Assembly: GCA_021613535.1 (NCBI GenBank)
Contig: CP075495.1
Location: forward strand, 10,602,001 to 10,666,000
DNA from: Adineta vaga
Lineage: Eukaryota > Animalia > Rotifera
DNA length: 64,000 nucleotides
Direction: 5' to 3'
Below are positions 40,140 through 64,000 of the stretch, one piece after another (the first letter of the stretch is position 1; each line of letters starts with the position of its first letter). Below the pieces are notes generated by a model. The model had not been told where the DNA came from. It did not search any database and saw nothing but the letters and a program-made list of their open reading frames with translations. A program made the position numbers and the translations under genes.

Positions 40140-42345
40140 ATTCTCGACATCTTCACGAAGAAACAGAGTCGGTATCGAACAGTATATCAAATCGTCGAAG
40201 AACGAATTCAAGTACAAAACAGGTATATTTGAGAATAATCTCCAAAAAAGGTATTTTGGTCAATAAAATATTCATTCAATATTATAGATATATAATTCAT
40301 GTACGATGTGTCTTTGTTCATTTGGAATACAAGAAGAACGTATTCCTCTGGAATGTATTAATATAAAGTGTGCTCGATTGTATTGCACTCAATGTGTAAA
40401 TTGTGTACAAACACATAATGGAAATAATAAGCGATTTCGTTGTATGTATTGTTTACTTGAATATCCTGCACATAAAATACCGACAGAAAATCAGATACTA
40501 ATTAAACAATTATGGACTAGTATGATTGTAAAATATGGTATTCGTTATACGAGTCATTTACTTTCCAAAACTTTAAACCAAAATAACATGATTGATCTTT
40601 GGTGTGATATTGAATGTCGACGACGTCATTTAGTTAATCTTATATCTACTCTTGAACGATTTTCTCGATGGACTCAAATACATCATATCATGAATGAAAC
40701 TCATATCATGGCTGACAAATTATTAGATATTGCCATGCGACTTCAAGAAGATCCTATTGCAAATATACATACATTACAAAATGAATATCAAGAAATTATA
40801 TCAACATCCGATCATAATAATAATAATAATAATAATGATGATATGATTGGTTCACATTATATTCGTATATGTGAACGTTTACTTGCTGATATTTCCGATG
40901 CTGAATTCTATCGAGCATTTACTAATACTCATGCAAAAATGATCGAATGGAATTGTGCACTTGCTTCGAGTGACCAATTTCAACCACAAGTTTCTGATTT
41001 ATTTACTGCCATTGAAACTGATCTTCAAGAACAATGTTCTCATCATCGTCATGGAATTGTACGAGCTAAAATTGGTATTATTGGTTACACGTGTGTAGGT
41101 AAAAGTACGATTCTCAATCGTTTATTAAGTATTGAAGATTTAGCGATGGATACATCATCACCTGTGCGTAGTATAAAAAGTACTTATTATCAATTACAGT
41201 TTGATCGAAAAGAACCATTACCATCTCCTCATAATCAATCGAAAACAACTGCTGTAACACTTGTAGATATTCAAGGTCATGATAAAGATACACTGACAGT
41301 TGATAGTCAACTTTTACCAGGCAATTATTTAGATGAAATTCGTAAAGCTGATTGTGATATTTATATATTAGTATTTGATGAAAAACTTCGTTATGAACAA
41401 CATGGTTGGATAAGTTTTATTGAAGAAACATTGAAACGTCAATGTATTCTTGTACGTTCAAAAGTTGATATTGAATTTCTTGCAAAATATCGTGAACGAT
41501 CAGGTTTATTCTATGGTAGTAGTACACCAGCACAACGTGCTTGTTATACACCAACAATTCTTGAACAATTAAGATTTGATAATGAAATGGAATCACATCA
41601 AGTTTTCTTGACAGCTGCTGATTATATGCCAGCAAGTTCAGATGCAGCAATTCTATTAAACGATCAATCATTTGATATGACAATATTATTCGATGAATTA
41701 GGTCGCCTAGCAGCCGATGCACGTAATCGTCGTATTCATACATTAGCAATGCGAGCTGCTGCTCGTGTAATCAATATATGTTTTCGTCGTGGTTATGTTT
41801 TAAATGTATTTAATTATAAGATTGGTGCTGGATTAGCTGCTATTATACCTTTTGGTGATCAATTACCACGTTATTTAGCAAGAGATCATATACGACAAGC
41901 ATTTGGTATAACAAAAGATTTTCGTCAATATTTATTACAATTTCGTTTAAGTATTGATGAAGGTTATTTACAAACATCAACCTTAGAAAATTGTGTAACG
42001 GCAACAATGATGAAAACAAAGGTTAAGAAAGGTTCATTAGGAGCAGCTGTTGGTGGTGCTTTTATGGCTGGTGCTCCATTTTCTGATGATATTCTTCGTG
42101 CAGCTGCACCTACTGCCGTTGCTTTGACAGGAGGTGCACGGATTGCTCTTACTGCTAGTACTGCTATTGTAGGTGTAGTTATTTCCGCTGTTGTTTGTGC
42201 TTGGTCAGCTGTAAATAGTGGCAAACATATATTTAGTTATGTCAATCGATTATGTGACGATCTTATTCTCGTAAGCAATCCATTAATAACTACATTGATT
42301 GATATAAACAGCAGAAAATATGATCAAACTCATTCAAATCAATGA
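40140..42345 (+). CDS. Cross-brace zinc finger (RING/PHD-like) fused to an IRG/IIGP-like P-loop GTPase with a hydrophobic C-terminus; true start not resolved
   Basis: C-x2-C-x14-C-x4-C-x4-C-x2-C-x15-C-x2-C begins at 40300. G1 GYTCVGKST, G3 DIQG, G4 VRSKVD, then AGLAAIIPFGD...RQAFGI. An upstream exon (40140-40221) joins in frame via an intron ending at 40287. Confidence 0.8.
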
Positions 42346-42803
42346 CCAAAATGCGAAAGTGTAATTAGATACTGTCTTTTGTTTATATTCTTTGTAAAAA
42401 CGTTCTGAATTACATTACAAAAATCAGTGAAAAGAAATTCTTTTTAGAAGAACACAATATGTAATTTAAAACCATCAACAAAACAACTCACTGTTTTGTC
42501 ATAAAATAACAAATCATTGTTATTCTTTTTTTAACGAACCATTAAAAAAAATAAACAAAAAAATAAAATCGAATCTTTGTATAATAATCCTATCATTGAA
42601 ATTATAAGATATCGTTTTTTGAACTGTTCTTTTTTTTCATTATCAACATGAGATTTTACTATTGCTATGATACATTTTGGACGAATGTATTCTAAAGAAA
42701 GTGATCATATCGTAGAAATTCTCTTTCGTTCTGTAAAGATAGTTATATAGATAAAATCAAAACATTTGAATGATTCGCGCCAAGTAGACAAAATAGACGA
42801 CCG

Positions 42804-43469
42804 ATGATGATCATGTCCACACCAGGACGAAAACGTGTACAACCAATTTTACTCGATGATGATGATGATATGGAATCTACCAGTGCAGATATATTAATTT
42901 CTTCATCTTCGTCAACGAGCAATACCAATACTAATGTTCAAGATCTTCCAACGTCTTTGCCTTTCGTGTCAGAAACATCTTTAAAACAACCAATGAAAAA
43001 AAATCTCTACGTTCCATTAAATTTCGATGAATTATCTCATATACGAAATGCTCAAACGAATAGTGAATTTGCTACATTACTTTATGATTTTAAATTATAC
43101 AAAAATGTTGTTAATGGTCATATATGTTTTTCATGTCGAAAAGTGAAATTTTCTCTCCTACAACCAGGTAGTCGTTGTACAATATGTTTACAACGTATTT
43201 GTTCCAAATGTCAACGAAGAATTACTTATCGAAATGATAATATTTGTTTTGTTTCATTAAATTTACTTCGACGTTCATCAATTACATCATTTCCAACGGA
43301 TATGACAATGAGAAAAAATGAACGAACTGATTCAGAATCATCATCATCATCATCAACCATAACAACAACAAACAAATGTAAAAAATCACAGACGAAAAGA
43401 CTTTCAAATAATACGTTTTCATGTTGTGTTGATTGTTTCATATTATTCGATCCAGCCTCACTTGTGTAG
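42804..43469 (+). CDS. Short Spire-like protein (Spir-box-like segment + modified FYVE finger only)
   Basis: LNFDELSHIRNAQTNSE...LYKNVVNGHICFSCRKVKFSLL...CTICLQRICSKCQRRI...CVDC matches the Spire C-terminal module. Single exon with an in-frame TGA upstream. Confidence 0.75.
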   Translation: MMIMSTPGRKRVQPILLDDDDDMESTSADILISSSSSTSNTNTNVQDLPTSLPFVSETSLKQPMKKNLYVPLNFDELSHIRNAQTNSEFATLLYDFKLYKNVVNGHICFSCRKVKFSLLQPGSRCTICLQRICSKCQRRITYRNDNICFVSLNLLRRSSITSFPTDMTMRKNERTDSESSSSSSTITTTNKCKKSQTKRLSNNTFSCCVDCFILFDPASLV

Positions 43470-43748
43470 AAAAAAAAATAAAAAAACAGAGCTTACTCAC
43501 TCATCAATAGATGTCGTTATTAAGATAAAAAAATCTTCAAAGAATTTTGTCTAGAAAATATTAATCTGATAAATAATGAATTTACCGAAAATTTCAAAGG
43601 TTTTTCTAAATTTTTCTTAATCATCATTTGAATCTTCTCGAAGGACATTTGTTGCTTAGGAATCAAACTTGTAAATACGTTGACAATGGTCTTACATAGA
43701 TTTTTACATTTTCATTTTCTGTGTTGATCAAAATTCATACACAGATTC

Positions 43749-62216
<18,468 letters not shown>

Positions 62217-62551
62217 AAATTGAATATTTCTTTTCTCTCTTTTTCTACACCGTCCGGTGAATGTTTTTCATTCGATAAATCGATCCATCTTACGAAATAA
62301 TATGTCTCCCAATGATAAAAAGTCTTCTATATTATTTTGTTTTTCTTCCTTCATCATATCGAATTGATAATGAAACGAGAAACAGTGTTGAATTTATTTT
62401 ATTCATTCTTTTTCTTCTCTTCACATTCTTCCTTTGCTTTAATCACATCAACATTTCGTCTTCTTCTTTTCGTTTGTAAACAATTATATTATTAATTAAT
62501 AAACGTTCCATTGAATGTCTTCAAATATACATCGAACATCTACTTGACTTT

Positions 62552-64000
62552 CTATCGTGTAGTCTCTGCTTCTTTCCGATGTTCATCTAAACGTGCAAGT
62601 AACTGATCCGATGGTAAACATGTTATTGGATCGAATTGATATGGATCAGTTACTAGCATTGATGAATGACTAAATGGAAATGATTGTGGTTTTTTCAATA
62701 ATAATGAACGAAATTCAATTAAATTTGTTAAACCGATTTCATGATATTCACCATAAACTTGAATAAAACCGATTTCAATGAACATTTCACTATTCGAATG
62801 ATCAATGATATCATCTTCTCGAAAACATAATCGAACATAACGATTCAAACAAATATTTGATCGATGTATTCGTTTAACTTCGGACATATGAATTAAATCA
62901 TTGATGCAAGATGTTTCATGTATAATTGTCCATAATCGATGAATATAAACAGTTTTACCATTTAGAATGGGTGTGAGAGGTCGTTGTCGATTTGATAATT
63001 GCATCATAGCCAGAATTGGATTTCCATCTTGACTAATAGCATTGAATGCTTCTGTTAAGTAGACAGAATATATTGGTTTAATTGAAATTAAACGAATGTC
63101 ATTTGTACATGATATGAAATATGAACATTCAATCCAACCATAATGAAGATGATGATTGGATATTAAATGAGTAAGATGTTCACGAAAACGAATGTAGAGT
63201 GTATTCTGTTGTTCAACTATAATTGTCGACTAGGACAAACAATGATTGGCATAATTGCTAGTGATTTTTCAGCAAGAAATGGCCTACGAAGAGATTTTAT
63301 AAAAATTCAGTCTGATTCATCAAGTAAACACGTTTTTACCATCCAGAATAGCCATCTGTTAATGGCCACATAATAATTTCCTTATCATATATACACGCAT
63401 TAGCAATAACTAATCGCCAATGTGGATTCGTAACTAGATCATAAAAAGGTTGAACTAAATAACTCGCTATACAAATTGATGGATATTGTTTTTGTGAAAT
63501 ATAAATTCGATAAAGAGAATCCAGATTTGTTTTATACTGTTCTTCATACAGTTCAACATACGTGCTCAAAATCTTAGCTAATGTTTCCAATGTTGTAAAA
63601 CTAAAACTAGACAGTTGATTGTCAGAACCATACACTGACTTAATATAACCACGTGTCTTCTTTTCACTCAAAAACGTTTGAATATCTAACAAATCTTTTG
63701 TATAATCTTGTGTTATTTCAACAGATAATGTTGGTATACATTGATCAATACCAAATACATCAATCATCAAAGATCGATTGATACATTGAAGTGTACTAAA
63801 AAAGTTCATTCCACCATTTCGTAATTGTGGATATTCTTGACATAGTTTTGCGACAATCAATTGACTTTGACAACTATCAGCAATTAATAGTTGTATATGT
63901 TCTTCATGAATGATAGTTCGACTCATCGATAACAATAGATTGAGATCATGTTTTGGTAAATATTTTTTATCAATAGTAAATAATTGATATTGAACATTTT
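62552..64000 (-). CDS. Uncharacterised protein, 5' end outside the window, with an apparent frameshift near 63220
   Basis: The frame of ORF 63336..63935 is open to the window edge; a 56-nt GT-AG intron lies at 63284-63339; the frame of ORF 62552..63007 is open back to about 63229. Confidence 0.55.

Noticed and set aside
40815-40836. (AAT)n run in the GTPase gene
   Set aside because: An ordinary in-frame poly-Asn slippage tract.
41417-42224. Antisense ORFs 41417..41749 and 41964..42224
   Set aside because: They are shadows of the GTPase gene's codon usage, with no recognisable motifs.
62248-62259. caccg-tc-cggtg palindrome after the dynein stop
   Set aside because: Too short to distinguish from chance, and bacterial terminator logic does not apply here.

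Overview
This is AT-rich, gene-dense eukaryotic DNA with many ~50-60 nt GT-AG introns, so most entries in the ORF track are exon fragments or noise. Intron size, base composition and the mix of core metazoan genes with foreign-type genes fit a bdelloid rotifer (inference). About 16 genes can be reconstructed: a secreted Cys-rich protein, a five-domain CBM14 chitin-binding protein, an extended-Tudor protein, a coiled-coil protein, an ART-like+TPR protein, a polyamine-oxidase-like flavoenzyme, GLG1, a degenerate ParB/Srx-like protein, a DUF7164-like putative glycosyltransferase, DEPDC5, a GtaA-family enzyme, a zinc-finger/IRG-GTPase fusion, a mini-Spire, DNAH7, ADHFE1 and a truncated unknown gene. 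The two most notable features are (1) a cross-brace zinc finger fused to an IRG/p47-like GTPase with a hydrophobic tail, a candidate single-chain innate-immunity effector, and (2) an intronless ADHFE1 nested on the same strand inside a DNAH7 intron. No RNA genes, transposons or CRISPR arrays could be supported. All family calls come from motif recognition by eye; no searches were run.
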